A stretch of 61,750 nucleotides of DNA, filler included. It is 6 parts of 6 records of this genome, joined end to end, with 100 filler letters (N's around TTAATTAATTAA, not from the genome) between each part and the next. Parts side by side here need not be neighbours in the genome. Positions count along the whole stretch, not along the records: positions 1 to 25,298 come from SRR2962707_3622; positions 25,399 to 30,998 come from SRR2962707_3626; 4 more parts are not named here. One strand, given 5' to 3'. The notes under the pieces are model-generated. The model did no database searches and was not told the DNA's origin. It saw only the letters and a list, made by a program, of their open reading frames with translations. Of this stretch, positions 19,243-28,314 are shown in pieces. A program made the position numbers and the translations under genes. How positions within the stretch are numbered: position 1 is the stretch's first letter; every line of letters starts with the position of its first letter.

Positions 19243-20247
19243 ATGAAATACCTGATCTCGCTTCTTCTCCTGTCTCCATTTGGAATCCGTGCCCAACAAT
19301 CAGATTATACCATAGAAAAAGATCTAACTACCATTGCATTCGGCTCCTGCAGTGATCAGGTGAAGGTGGACAAACAGCTTTGGAATGAAGTGTCTAAAGA
19401 AAATCCAGATCTATGGATTTGGTTGGGGGACAATGTCTATTCGGATGGTGAGGACATGCGACAAAGGGCCAACGATTTCCAAAAACAAAAGAACCATCCT
19501 GGCTATCAAAAATTACTTCAGCAAACATCCATAATCGGTGCGTGGGATGACCATGATTTTGGTCTTAACGATGGCGGCAAGGAATATCCAACAAAGGATG
19601 AAGCCAAAAGAGAATTATTCAAATTTTTGGAAGTTCCCACTGATCATCCAGCGTGGGAGAGGCAAGGTACGTATCAATCTTATACCTTTTCAGGATCGAG
19701 GAAAATCAAGATTATTCTTCTTGACACCAGATACTTCAGAGATGAATTAAAATGGGAAAATGCCAATACATCCAACAAAGCAGCAATGGTTAATCCTAAA
19801 GGGACCATCCTTGGAACAAGTCAGTGGACTTGGTTGGAATCTCAGCTGAGTGACCAAGATGTTGATCTGATTCTTCTCATCTCCAGCATTCAATTGATCC
19901 CCTATCAACACAGATTTGAAAAATGGGCCAATTTCCCTAAGGAGCGTAATCGAATGTTGAATCTGCTTGAAAAAGTTGAAGTACCATTGGTCGTTATATC
20001 CGGTGATAGGCATATTTCTGAGCTATCAAAGCGTACCTCGTCAAGTAGAGATTTGTTTGAAATTACATCAAGCAGTCTGACCAATCCCTGGTCGGAAAAA
20101 TGGTCTGAGGAAAATGAATTCAGACAAGGAGAAATCATTTACGAACCTAATTTTACCGTAATGCGCCTAACAGAAGATCAGTTAGAGATTCGCTATGTTG
20201 GCAAGTCGAATAAAGTCCTTTCGACACTTCAAATCGATCTCACATAA
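19243..20247 (+). CDS. phoD: Alkaline phosphatase D family protein
   Basis: IAFGSC; WLGDNVY; WDDHDFG; LDTRY; SGDRH. ATG 19243 lies downstream of the -7 element TACATTTG (19217-19224). Confidence 0.85.
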   Translation: MKYLISLLLLSPFGIRAQQSDYTIEKDLTTIAFGSCSDQVKVDKQLWNEVSKENPDLWIWLGDNVYSDGEDMRQRANDFQKQKNHPGYQKLLQQTSIIGAWDDHDFGLNDGGKEYPTKDEAKRELFKFLEVPTDHPAWERQGTYQSYTFSGSRKIKIILLDTRYFRDELKWENANTSNKAAMVNPKGTILGTSQWTWLESQLSDQDVDLILLISSIQLIPYQHRFEKWANFPKERNRMLNLLEKVEVPLVVISGDRHISELSKRTSSSRDLFEITSSSLTNPWSEKWSEENEFRQGEIIYEPNFTVMRLTEDQLEIRYVGKSNKVLSTLQIDLT

Positions 20248-20279
20248 AATAACCCTCCCGCCCGGAGGCAAAGAGGGTC
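20246..20279 (-). terminator. Intrinsic terminator between phoD and the TonB-dependent receptor
   Basis: Minus strand ACCCTCTTTGCC-TCCG-GGCGGGAGGGT-TATTTT. Confidence 0.7.
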
Positions 20280-20303
20280 TTCAACGAACTCAACTATCTA
20301 CTC

Positions 20304-22784
20304 TTAGAATTCTCCACCTCCATCAAACTCATCATCTCCTCTTCCTCCTTCTTCTCTTTTCTTATTTTGATTCAGGCGATACGTGAACGAGATGGTCGTT
20401 GTGGTAGTCCTCCACTGAAACTCACTGTATGAAAATGAATTGTCATTGAAGGTCTCGCTCCGATGCTTTCTGCTATTGAACAAATCCCGAACGTTGAACG
20501 AGATGGTTCCTCTGTTTTTAAGAATATCACGTGACATACCAAGGTCTACGCTGGTGACAGCCAGTCTCTTACCCTGAACTGTATTTCGTGGCGCCCGATA
20601 GTTAATGTTTAACTGCGCGCTGAACAGCTTGTCAAACTTGAAATTGTTACTCAGTCTGGAAGTCAACGAGGTGGCTTTCGCTTCATTGTAGGTAGTCACC
20701 TGATCACCGAACGTCACAGATCCACCTGGTACGTAAGAATGGAAGAAATTGACATTTCCACTCACTCGATACCATTTAGTAAAGTCTTTTGAGATATTCA
20801 TTTCTGCTCCATATGACTCTTCAATGGAGACATTGTATGGTCGGGTGAAGGTGATACCGTTTTCGTCCGTTGTTCTCAATCGCTGCTCAACTCCTTCAGT
20901 GTATCTGTAATAAACCCCTCCGTAAAATGATGACTTCTCTAAATTCAAGAGATAGCCTACTTCGTATGAATCAGTAAACTCCGGTTGTAGGTTTGGATTA
21001 CCTACATAGTAATTTCTGTTGTCTGAAATGCTACTGAATGGATTCAACCTTCTACCCCTTGGTCGGCTGATTCTTCTACTGTAGCTCGTTTGAATCGCCT
21101 GTGTCTCCGTCAATTGGTAAGTCAGGAATAAGCTTGGAAAGAAATTTCCATAATTCTGCTCATTCCGAATATCATTGGTCTTTTGGTAAGTGACAAGATT
21201 GGTAGATTCATACCTCATGCCCAGCTGCCAACTGATCTTGTTAAACTTGTTGCTCAAGATGCCATATAGGGCCAATACTTTTTCAGAATATTCAAATTCG
21301 TTCGAGAAGTCTGTATCCACTTCATAAACTCCTTCTTCATTGCGCTCTGTAACCAAATAATCATTACCGACCAACCTGTCTGTGTATCGTGTGCCAAGTT
21401 CCAGTCTACCGTCTTTGGCAAACGGATGAATGTAATCCGATTGTAGCATCAATCGCTCTTCGATCTCATCATTGACCGCTCTCTGGTACAAGTAGGGTAC
21501 CTGGTCATTGTAATTGGCACCAACTGACTCCACCAGATCACTCCTCTCCTGCTCATTGTTGTTTTGATATTGAACGTCCATGGTCAGCTTCTGTCCCTTG
21601 CGATCAAATACTCGAGTGTAATTCAAAGCATATTCTAAGTTTTCATCTCCCTCTCCCTCCTGATCATTTCTCAAGGTTAACGTTTCAGAATCTATGGTTG
21701 GGAAATAGTCTGCGTATTCCAGATTGGTATCATTAGATTCATCGGAATACCGATAAAGAAATGAAAGTGTAATCGTGTTTTGATCGTTTAGGTAGATATC
21801 AGATCCAAATCGAGTGGAGTAACTAAGTCCTCCCCTGTCGTGTCTTCTGTTTCTATTGGTGATCAGAAAAGGATCATCAATGGCGTTTTCTGTAGAATCA
21901 AAGGTTTGATAGGATTCACCCTTACCATTGTATTTACGATAGTTAAGCCCAAAATTGGTAAAGAAATTGAACCAGCTCCTTCTAAAATTCAGGTTCACAG
22001 AAGCACCGTGATTCGCCGGCGCACCTGTATTTACCTGAAAACTTCCGTTTAATCCTTGCTTTTGATCCTTTTTCAAAATGATGTTGATGATCCCCGCAAG
22101 ACCCTCCGCATCATACCTGGCGGAAGGATTTGTGATCACCTCTACACTTTCTACAAGGTTTCCATTCAGCTGCCGAAGCGCGTCATTACTACTTAAACCA
22201 ACAAGGCCGGAAGGTTTTCCGTCTATCAATATTCTTACATTCTCGCTACCTCGTAGGCTTACATTCCCTTCAACATCTACTTGGACTGAAGGCAAATTGT
22301 CGAGTATATCTGTTGCACTTCCTCCGAGGTTGCTAAGGTCTTTTCCGATGTTAAATACTTTCTTATCCAGCGTCAACTCCATTTGTGTACGCTCACCCTT
22401 TACTACAACTTCCTGCAGCATAGTCTCATTTTCTTTAATCAGCACACGTCCTGCATCATAGACTCGATTATTGTTATCGAGGGAAACCCCTGAAATGATC
22501 ACATCTTCAAAACCCATGAACTGAATTCTGATGTAATATTGACCAGGCTTGGTCGGTATATTGAAGGTTCCGCTTATATCAGTAAGCCCACCAGTAACCA
22601 GGCTGGAATCGCTTTCATTAAATACACTCACAGTTGCAAACTCCACGGGATTAGATGTTCCATCCTGGATTAATTGCCCCTTGATGGCAAATGGAGGTGC
22701 AGCCTCCATCTTTGGAGCTTGTGCTTCAGCAAATGAAATACTCGCTAGAAATAGTATGAAAACAGAAAAAACGTTTCGAATCAT
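20304..22784 (-). CDS. TonB-dependent receptor / outer-membrane beta-barrel protein
   Basis: Signal peptide; carboxypeptidase-regulatory-like domain; plug (LDNLPSVQVD, EVITNPSARYDAEG); GNPNLQPEF barrel motif; C-terminal F. Confidence 0.9.
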   Translation of the reverse strand: MIRNVFSVFILFLASISFAEAQAPKMEAAPPFAIKGQLIQDGTSNPVEFATVSVFNESDSSLVTGGLTDISGTFNIPTKPGQYYIRIQFMGFEDVIISGVSLDNNNRVYDAGRVLIKENETMLQEVVVKGERTQMELTLDKKVFNIGKDLSNLGGSATDILDNLPSVQVDVEGNVSLRGSENVRILIDGKPSGLVGLSSNDALRQLNGNLVESVEVITNPSARYDAEGLAGIINIILKKDQKQGLNGSFQVNTGAPANHGASVNLNFRRSWFNFFTNFGLNYRKYNGKGESYQTFDSTENAIDDPFLITNRNRRHDRGGLSYSTRFGSDIYLNDQNTITLSFLYRYSDESNDTNLEYADYFPTIDSETLTLRNDQEGEGDENLEYALNYTRVFDRKGQKLTMDVQYQNNNEQERSDLVESVGANYNDQVPYLYQRAVNDEIEERLMLQSDYIHPFAKDGRLELGTRYTDRLVGNDYLVTERNEEGVYEVDTDFSNEFEYSEKVLALYGILSNKFNKISWQLGMRYESTNLVTYQKTNDIRNEQNYGNFFPSLFLTYQLTETQAIQTSYSRRISRPRGRRLNPFSSISDNRNYYVGNPNLQPEFTDSYEVGYLLNLEKSSFYGGVYYRYTEGVEQRLRTTDENGITFTRPYNVSIEESYGAEMNISKDFTKWYRVSGNVNFFHSYVPGGSVTFGDQVTTYNEAKATSLTSRLSNNFKFDKLFSAQLNINYRAPRNTVQGKRLAVTSVDLGMSRDILKNRGTISFNVRDLFNSRKHRSETFNDNSFSYSEFQWRTTTTTISFTYRLNQNKKREEGGRGDDEFDGGGEF

Positions 22785-22827
22785 GATACAAAATAAACAC
22801 CACCATCTGATGGATGTTTGATTAGAA

Positions 22828-22845
22828 TCTGAAGTAATTCTGAAG
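22828..22845. promoter_or_regulatory. Candidate OmpR-type tandem binding box upstream of the receptor
   Basis: TCTGAAG-TAAT-TCTGAAG, 11-bp period; near-identical copy at 24822-24839. Confidence 0.6.
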
Positions 22846-22869
22846 ATTTAGAATTGACTGTGTTGACGG

Positions 22870-24123
22870 TTAAAAATCAATCTGAATGGTATGTAAGCCA
22901 TCTTGATTTTCGTACTTGATTTGATAACCATAGAAATCGCAGATCTTCTTGACAATGGCCAGACCTAAGCCAAGTGACTGAGCACTTTGATTCGACTTTT
23001 TGAAGCGATGAAACAATTCTTCCGGATTAATGCTTAATTCCGGCCCGGAATTGGAGATGGTCAATTGTGATGATGATAAAAGAACCTTCACCTTGCCTTC
23101 TTCCCAATTGTGGCGTATCGCATTGTTAATGAGATTGGTAATCAACATCTCAATGAGCACATTGTCCGCCTCAATCATCACATTCTCCCCTATTTCTGTT
23201 TCTCTTGAGATATTCTTAAGCTCAAATAACTCTCTGAATTCTTCCAACAGATGATTCAAAGTAGCAGAAAGATCAATCTCTGATACATTGCCGAATTCCT
23301 TATTTTCTATTTTAGTTAAGAGCGCAAGCGAATTGCTAAGATTACTCAATCGACGCATGGCACTTTGCACATAGCTAATCTGCTCTATTTGAGACTCGGT
23401 TAGGCTTTCATCGCCAAGTAAAACCTCAAGTTTACTTTGGATGACTGCAATGGGCGTTTGAAATTCATGAGAAGCGTTTTCTGAGAACTCTTTCAATGAC
23501 CGATAATCAGTCTGCATTTTGCGGGTCATCTCTTCCAGAAATCGATTCAGTTTTTTGAATTCCCTGATTCCCGATTTGGGGAATTTCATTGGTCTATCAA
23601 CATCCCTCAGTGAAAACTTCTGGATTTGAGCAAGCGTAAGATTGAAAGGTCTCAACAGAATGTAAGAAGCTCCAAATCCAATAATTAGGACTGCACCCAG
23701 CAAAATCAAATACATAGTTGTGAGTGACTCTCTTAGTCCGTCTTCAATATCATCCGGCTCAATGATGATATCATAAAGACTTATGAGATAACTCTTCCCA
23801 TTGACATTCTTAATGGCATCCAGTTTAAGGTGTGATTCCATTCGATTCAGCTGGCTATGCATCACCAACGTATCTGAGAATATCCTTGACTCCTCTTGGA
23901 AATCGCTCAATGGTATAGCCATCATCTTCGTCCACTGGATGGTATCGGTAGGTTCACGATCCATGACCACCTGCTCCATCCGCTCAAGTCTTTCTACCAA
24001 GAACCTCCTTTGCTCATACTCCACCTCACGCATCATCACACGATAGCTGATCACCCCCCCAACCACAAAAACAGCCAGGGAGACAATAACAAACAGGATC
24101 GTAATTCTAATGATCAGGTTCAT
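22870..24123 (-). CDS. Sensor histidine kinase (2 TM, HisKA)
   Basis: ENASHEFQTP; NLINNAIRHN; GLGLAIV. Confidence 0.93.
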   Translation of the reverse strand: MNLIIRITILFVIVSLAVFVVGGVISYRVMMREVEYEQRRFLVERLERMEQVVMDREPTDTIQWTKMMAIPLSDFQEESRIFSDTLVMHSQLNRMESHLKLDAIKNVNGKSYLISLYDIIIEPDDIEDGLRESLTTMYLILLGAVLIIGFGASYILLRPFNLTLAQIQKFSLRDVDRPMKFPKSGIREFKKLNRFLEEMTRKMQTDYRSLKEFSENASHEFQTPIAVIQSKLEVLLGDESLTESQIEQISYVQSAMRRLSNLSNSLALLTKIENKEFGNVSEIDLSATLNHLLEEFRELFELKNISRETEIGENVMIEADNVLIEMLITNLINNAIRHNWEEGKVKVLLSSSQLTISNSGPELSINPEELFHRFKKSNQSAQSLGLGLAIVKKICDFYGYQIKYENQDGLHTIQIDF

Positions 24124-24800
24124 TCCTCATCCTTTAGTTTGTATCCAACACCGTAAACTGTCTTGATGTAATCTTTACCGCCCGCCTGCATGATTTTCTT
24201 TCTCACGTTCTTAATATGCTGATAAACAAAATCAAAAGAGTCAGCGGTATCCATGTAATCACCCCAGAGATGCTCCGCAATGGCTTGTTTGGTCAAAAGA
24301 CGTTTCTGATTGACAAGGATATAGTGAAGTAAATCGTACTCTTTACGCGTGAGATCCAACAGTTTCCCATTCACATATCCTTCTCTGGTCTCGAGGTTTA
24401 TTTCTATCTCATTGAAACCCAACGATTTTTGACCTCCCTCCTTCCTTCTCCGGTAAACTGCTTTGCTTCTGGCATTCAACTCAGCCAAATGAAATGGTTT
24501 TGGCAGGTAATCATCAGCTCCCAATTCCAATCCTTTCAATTTATCATCCAATGCGTTCTTGGCTGAGATAATCACCACCCCCATGCCTGGCCAGTTTTGC
24601 TTAATCGCTTCAAGTAAAGTCAGACCGTCACCGTCCGGAAGCATTAAATCAAGTAGCAGAACATCGTATTCGAAAGCATAAAGTTTCTCAGTTGCCTTGG
24701 TTACGGTTTCAGCGACTTCACATACATCTCCTTCTTCGAAGAAGTAGTTTCGAATACTTTTTGCCAGCTCCGGTTGATCCTCTACCAACAACAATTTCAT
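24120..24800 (-). CDS. OmpR/PhoB family response regulator
   Basis: LLVED; LDLMLPDGDG; GADDYLPKPF; winged-helix IKTVYGVGY. Confidence 0.95.
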   Translation of the reverse strand: MKLLLVEDQPELAKSIRNYFFEEGDVCEVAETVTKATEKLYAFEYDVLLLDLMLPDGDGLTLLEAIKQNWPGMGVVIISAKNALDDKLKGLELGADDYLPKPFHLAELNARSKAVYRRRKEGGQKSLGFNEIEINLETREGYVNGKLLDLTRKEYDLLHYILVNQKRLLTKQAIAEHLWGDYMDTADSFDFVYQHIKNVRKKIMQAGGKDYIKTVYGVGYKLKDEE

Positions 24801-24804
24801 GCAA

Positions 24805-24839
24805 CAAACATATAGTCCATTTTTGAAGCAATTCTGATT
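24805..24839 (-). promoter_or_regulatory. Promoter of the response regulator: -7 element plus autoregulatory tandem box
   Basis: Minus strand TATGTTTG at 24805-24812; TTTGAAG-CAAT-TCTGATT at 24822-24839 (plus-strand reading). Confidence 0.6.
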
Positions 24840-24911
24840 TTACATAAACGGTTCTGTCTTCGACTTGAGTTTTTCTATCTTGAACATTGAATCAAAACAG
24901 CATATTGGACT

Positions 24912-25298
24912 ATGAAAAAAATCATGATTTGTACAATCATCCTCCTGGCCTCACAAACGATGATGGCCCAAGGTGGATTGGGCTACCAAACTCCTCCCGA
25001 GGAAATTAAGGAGCTCGTTGACGCACCTCTTGCACCCTGGGTGAGAATTGATAACGAGGGTGAAAATGTGGTGCTATTGTACCGTGATGCCTACAAAACC
25101 ATTGCGGAGCTATCTGAAGAGGAATTAAGACTTGGAGGCCTTAGAATCAACCCGGTGACAAACATTGGAAGTCGCACGACTTTCTATAATAATATCGAGG
25201 TGAAAAAAGCTTATGACAAGGAAAGTAGAAAAGTATCCGGATTACCTTCAAATCCAAGGTTAGCTTACTTCAGCTGGTCTCCGGATGAAAGCATGATG
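24912..25298 (+). CDS. S9 family (prolyl oligopeptidase / glutamyl peptidase-like) peptidase, N-terminal fragment
   Basis: Signal peptide; YQTPPEEIKELVDAP; ELRLGGLRINP; WSPD; cut by the contig end. Confidence 0.75.
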
Positions 25299-25398
25299 NN
25301 NNNNNNNNNNNNNNNNNNNNNNNNNNNNNNNNNNNNNNNNNNTTAATTAATTAANNNNNNNNNNNNNNNNNNNNNNNNNNNNNNNNNNNNNNNNNNNN
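25299..25398. other. Artificial contig linker
   Basis: N44-TTAATTAATTAA-N44, stop codons in all six frames. Confidence 0.98.
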
Positions 25399-25435
25399 TC
25401 GTAAGAGCGGTAGAGGCCTTATCGATAACAAATAA
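25399..25435 (+). CDS. nusB: 3' end of transcription antitermination factor NusB
   Basis: Reads RKSGRGLIDNK*, resembling the Bacteroidota NusB C-terminus; expected position upstream of ytxH/DUF1573/yajC. Confidence 0.65.
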
Positions 25436-25447
25436 ACAGAAAATAGT

Positions 25448-25744
25448 ATGAGCAAATCAGGAGGTTCATTTTTCGCATTTCTACTAGGTATTGTTACCGG
25501 AGGAGTATTGGGTATTCTGTATGCTCCTGATAAAGGTACGAACACCAGAGATCGGTTGACCTTTCAGCTCGATAAGTTGAAGAAACAACTGGAAGGATTC
25601 CTTGACGATGTAGTAGATGGCAAAGCTGTTTTGGATAACGATGCGAAAAACCAGGGTGAGAAAATCGTAAAAGACGCCAAAGACAAAGCTGAGCGTCTTT
25701 TAGACGATGTAAATGGCTTAATCAGCCAAATGAAGAAGGATTAA
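25448..25744 (+). CDS. YtxH domain protein
   Basis: GGVLGILYAPDKGTNTR motif. Confidence 0.9.
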   Translation: MSKSGGSFFAFLLGIVTGGVLGILYAPDKGTNTRDRLTFQLDKLKKQLEGFLDDVVDGKAVLDNDAKNQGEKIVKDAKDKAERLLDDVNGLISQMKKD

Positions 25745-25838
25745 CACCATCTTTAACATATCATTAAGAATTTCTTTTACTTTTTGAAACCATCAATGTC
25801 GTAGATTTGTAATCTGTGTGTTGAAAAAATATAGAACG

Positions 25839-26378
25839 ATGAGAATAACAAAGATTTTATTAGGTGTAATTGTAGCGGCAGGAATAGCCAGCTGCAGTAA
25901 CGGAGATGTGGAGTCAAGAATTACCAAGCTTGAAGGACGTGTGGCGGCATTGGAAGGAAAAGGTGGAGTTACTTCCACTTCAAACAGACCTCAGCCAATT
26001 GCGGCAAGCAACACTACTACTCCTGCAACTCCTGCAACAAAGCCGGAAGGTCCACTTCCTGCTTTCCAGTTTGAGGAAAACAATCATGATTTCGGTACCA
26101 TCAAAGATGGTGATGTAGTAGAGCACATTTTTACTTTCACCAACACAGGTGAGGCTCCATTGATCATTACTGACGCAAAAGCTACCTGTGGATGTACAGT
26201 ACCTGAAAAACCAACAGAACCAATTCCGGTTGGAGGAACAGGTGAAATCAAAGTGAGATTCAATAGTAAAAACAAGCCTGGTATTCAGAGCAAGACTGTT
26301 ACACTTACAGCAAATACCTGGCCGACTACTCACAGACTTGGTATCAAAGCAAATGTGGTGAAGGAAGGAACGGAATAA
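25839..26378 (+). CDS. DUF1573 domain lipoprotein
   Basis: IASC lipobox; HDFG; FTFTNTGEAPL; TCGCT. Confidence 0.88.
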   Translation: MRITKILLGVIVAAGIASCSNGDVESRITKLEGRVAALEGKGGVTSTSNRPQPIAASNTTTPATPATKPEGPLPAFQFEENNHDFGTIKDGDVVEHIFTFTNTGEAPLIITDAKATCGCTVPEKPTEPIPVGGTGEIKVRFNSKNKPGIQSKTVTLTANTWPTTHRLGIKANVVKEGTE

Positions 26379-26411
26379 GTTTCCAGATCGCACTTCATTT
26401 TATTAACATTG

Positions 26412-26451
26412 TCCCGTCTCCCGATAGTTATCGGGTTTGGCGGGATTTTTT
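26412..26451 (+). terminator. Terminator with a nested REP-like palindrome
   Basis: Outer stem TCCCGTC/GGCGGGA plus T6; inner CCCGATA-GT-TATCGGG. Confidence 0.7.
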
Positions 26452-26466
26452 ATTTAAACACAAAAA

Positions 26467-26790
26467 ATGAATACAGTTTTATTGCAGGCAGGAGGAGGTA
26501 GTGACCTCACATCATTCTTACCTATCATTGGTATGATTGCCATTTTCTACTTTTTCTTCATCAGACCTCAGCAGCGTAAGCAAAAGGAGACCAAGAAATA
26601 CCTTGAGGAAATCAAAAAAGGAGAGATGGTAGTCACAGTTGGAGGTATCCATGGAAAGATTGTTGAAGTATCAGATACTACAGTTTTGATTGACGTAGAT
26701 AGAGGAACCAAACTTTTGGTTGAGAAAGCTTCTATTTCTTTGGAAGCTAGTAAGCGACTAAATGAAAAGTCGGAGAAGGAAAAAAAATAA
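26467..26790 (+). CDS. yajC: Preprotein translocase subunit YajC
   Basis: FYFFFIRPQQRKQK; KGEMVVTVGGIHG. Confidence 0.95.
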   Translation: MNTVLLQAGGGSDLTSFLPIIGMIAIFYFFFIRPQQRKQKETKKYLEEIKKGEMVVTVGGIHGKIVEVSDTTVLIDVDRGTKLLVEKASISLEASKRLNEKSEKEKK

Positions 26791-26798
26791 TTACATAG

Positions 26799-27731
26799 AT
26801 GGGTGAGCCCAAGATCTTTAGTAGCTGGAAGGTAGTTGTCCTATCGTTTGTAGGAGCAGCTACCTTTTGGTTTTTTAGTGCTTTGGGCAAAGAATACAGC
26901 TATCGAGTCAAGCAGCCCATTGAGTTTCGCTACGATGCGGATAGCCTGATTGCTGTGAAACCCCTTCCTGAGTATGTGGATGTGGACGTTTACGGTGGAG
27001 GATGGGATCTCTTCCGACAAACGTTTTGGTTCGGTTCAGATCCGGTCATTTTTGAACTTGAAAATCCTGCAGCGATCAGGTACCTGACCAGGCCGACCAT
27101 TCTTCCTATAGTTACAGAACAGCTTAGCGAGTTCAGAATTAATTTTCTGTATACGGATACCCTTTACATTGACATCAATCGGAAATCAAGCAAACGAGTC
27201 AATTTAAGAATTGATTCAGCTATGATTAGCATGGAGCCAGATTATCGCATCATTACACCTATTGAACTGATCCCGGATACAGCGATCATTTACGGTCCTA
27301 CAAGCTTTTTGGATACCATGAAGCGCACGTATTCCATTCCTTTGGATGTGGACGAAATTGACAAGGATTTTAATCGATTTGTGAAACTTGGCGTGATCGA
27401 GGATTTTGGGATTTATACAGACCCACCGACCATCAATGTGAAGTTTGGTGTAGAGCGTTTCGATAGAATGCAGATCATGGCAAAAGTGGAGATGCTCAAT
27501 TTCCCTAAAGATTCATCGGTTTATGTAACCAATCCGAATGTGGCTGTACAGTTTGTGATACAAGAATCATTGAGGGAAGAGTTCTTCGCCGGAGATTTTA
27601 AGGTCGTCTGTGATTACAGCATGATCAATAGGGCTGATTCTACAGCCCCGGCTATTGTAGTTTTTCACCCTGAAAATGTCATTGAAGTAGAGGTACTGCC
27701 GGATTCATTGGCAATCACATATGTCAGGTAG
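26799..27731 (+). CDS. YbbR/CdaR-like protein
   Basis: N-terminal TM (ATFWFFSAL), beta-rich repeats, conserved position between yajC and coaE. Confidence 0.7.
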   Translation: MGEPKIFSSWKVVVLSFVGAATFWFFSALGKEYSYRVKQPIEFRYDADSLIAVKPLPEYVDVDVYGGGWDLFRQTFWFGSDPVIFELENPAAIRYLTRPTILPIVTEQLSEFRINFLYTDTLYIDINRKSSKRVNLRIDSAMISMEPDYRIITPIELIPDTAIIYGPTSFLDTMKRTYSIPLDVDEIDKDFNRFVKLGVIEDFGIYTDPPTINVKFGVERFDRMQIMAKVEMLNFPKDSSVYVTNPNVAVQFVIQESLREEFFAGDFKVVCDYSMINRADSTAPAIVVFHPENVIEVEVLPDSLAITYVR

Positions 27732-28314
27732 TCCTAAACTTATCGGCGTGACCGGTGGAATTGGTTCCGGGAAAAGCACTGTCTGTAAACTATTTGAGAC
27801 ATTAGGTCATTCTGTTTACTACGCAGATGACAGGGCCAAATGGTTGATGGAAAACAATCAGACGCTGATTGATCAGATCAAGGAACTGTTTGGTGAAGCT
27901 GCGTATAAGGAGGGTAAATTGGATCGTAAGCACATAGCCGATCAGGTATTTGCCGACAAAAAGCTTCTTGAAAAGTTGAATGGAAGAGTTCACCCAGCTG
28001 TCGCTCAGGATGTGCAAAGGTGGGTGGCCAATCACTCAGATGAAAAGATACTTTTTGATGAAGCGGCCCTGCTGTTTGAAGGAGGCTCCTATAAACTCAT
28101 GGATCTGAACATTTTGGTCACTGCTCCAGAAGAATTGCGAATCGACCGGGTTGTTGCCAGAGACAGTCACCGAACAAGAGAAGGAGTAAAAGACATCATC
28201 GACAAGCAGATGAGTGATGACGAGAAAAAACCGCTAGCCGATTTTGTTATCGAAAACGATGGAAGTCAATCACTGATCAAGCAAGTCATGGAACTCTATC
28301 CAAAACTTCTCTAA
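27721..28314 (+). CDS. coaE: Dephospho-CoA kinase
   Basis: IGVTGGIGSGKST; VHPAV; AALLFE. Confidence 0.95.
   Translation: MSGSPKLIGVTGGIGSGKSTVCKLFETLGHSVYYADDRAKWLMENNQTLIDQIKELFGEAAYKEGKLDRKHIADQVFADKKLLEKLNGRVHPAVAQDVQRWVANHSDEKILFDEAALLFEGGSYKLMDLNILVTAPEELRIDRVVARDSHRTREGVKDIIDKQMSDDEKKPLADFVIENDGSQSLIKQVMELYPKLL

Noticed and set aside
25343-25354. TTAATTAATTAA recurring five times, as a biological repeat or att site
   Set aside because: Always centred in identical N44 padding; a synthetic six-frame stop linker.
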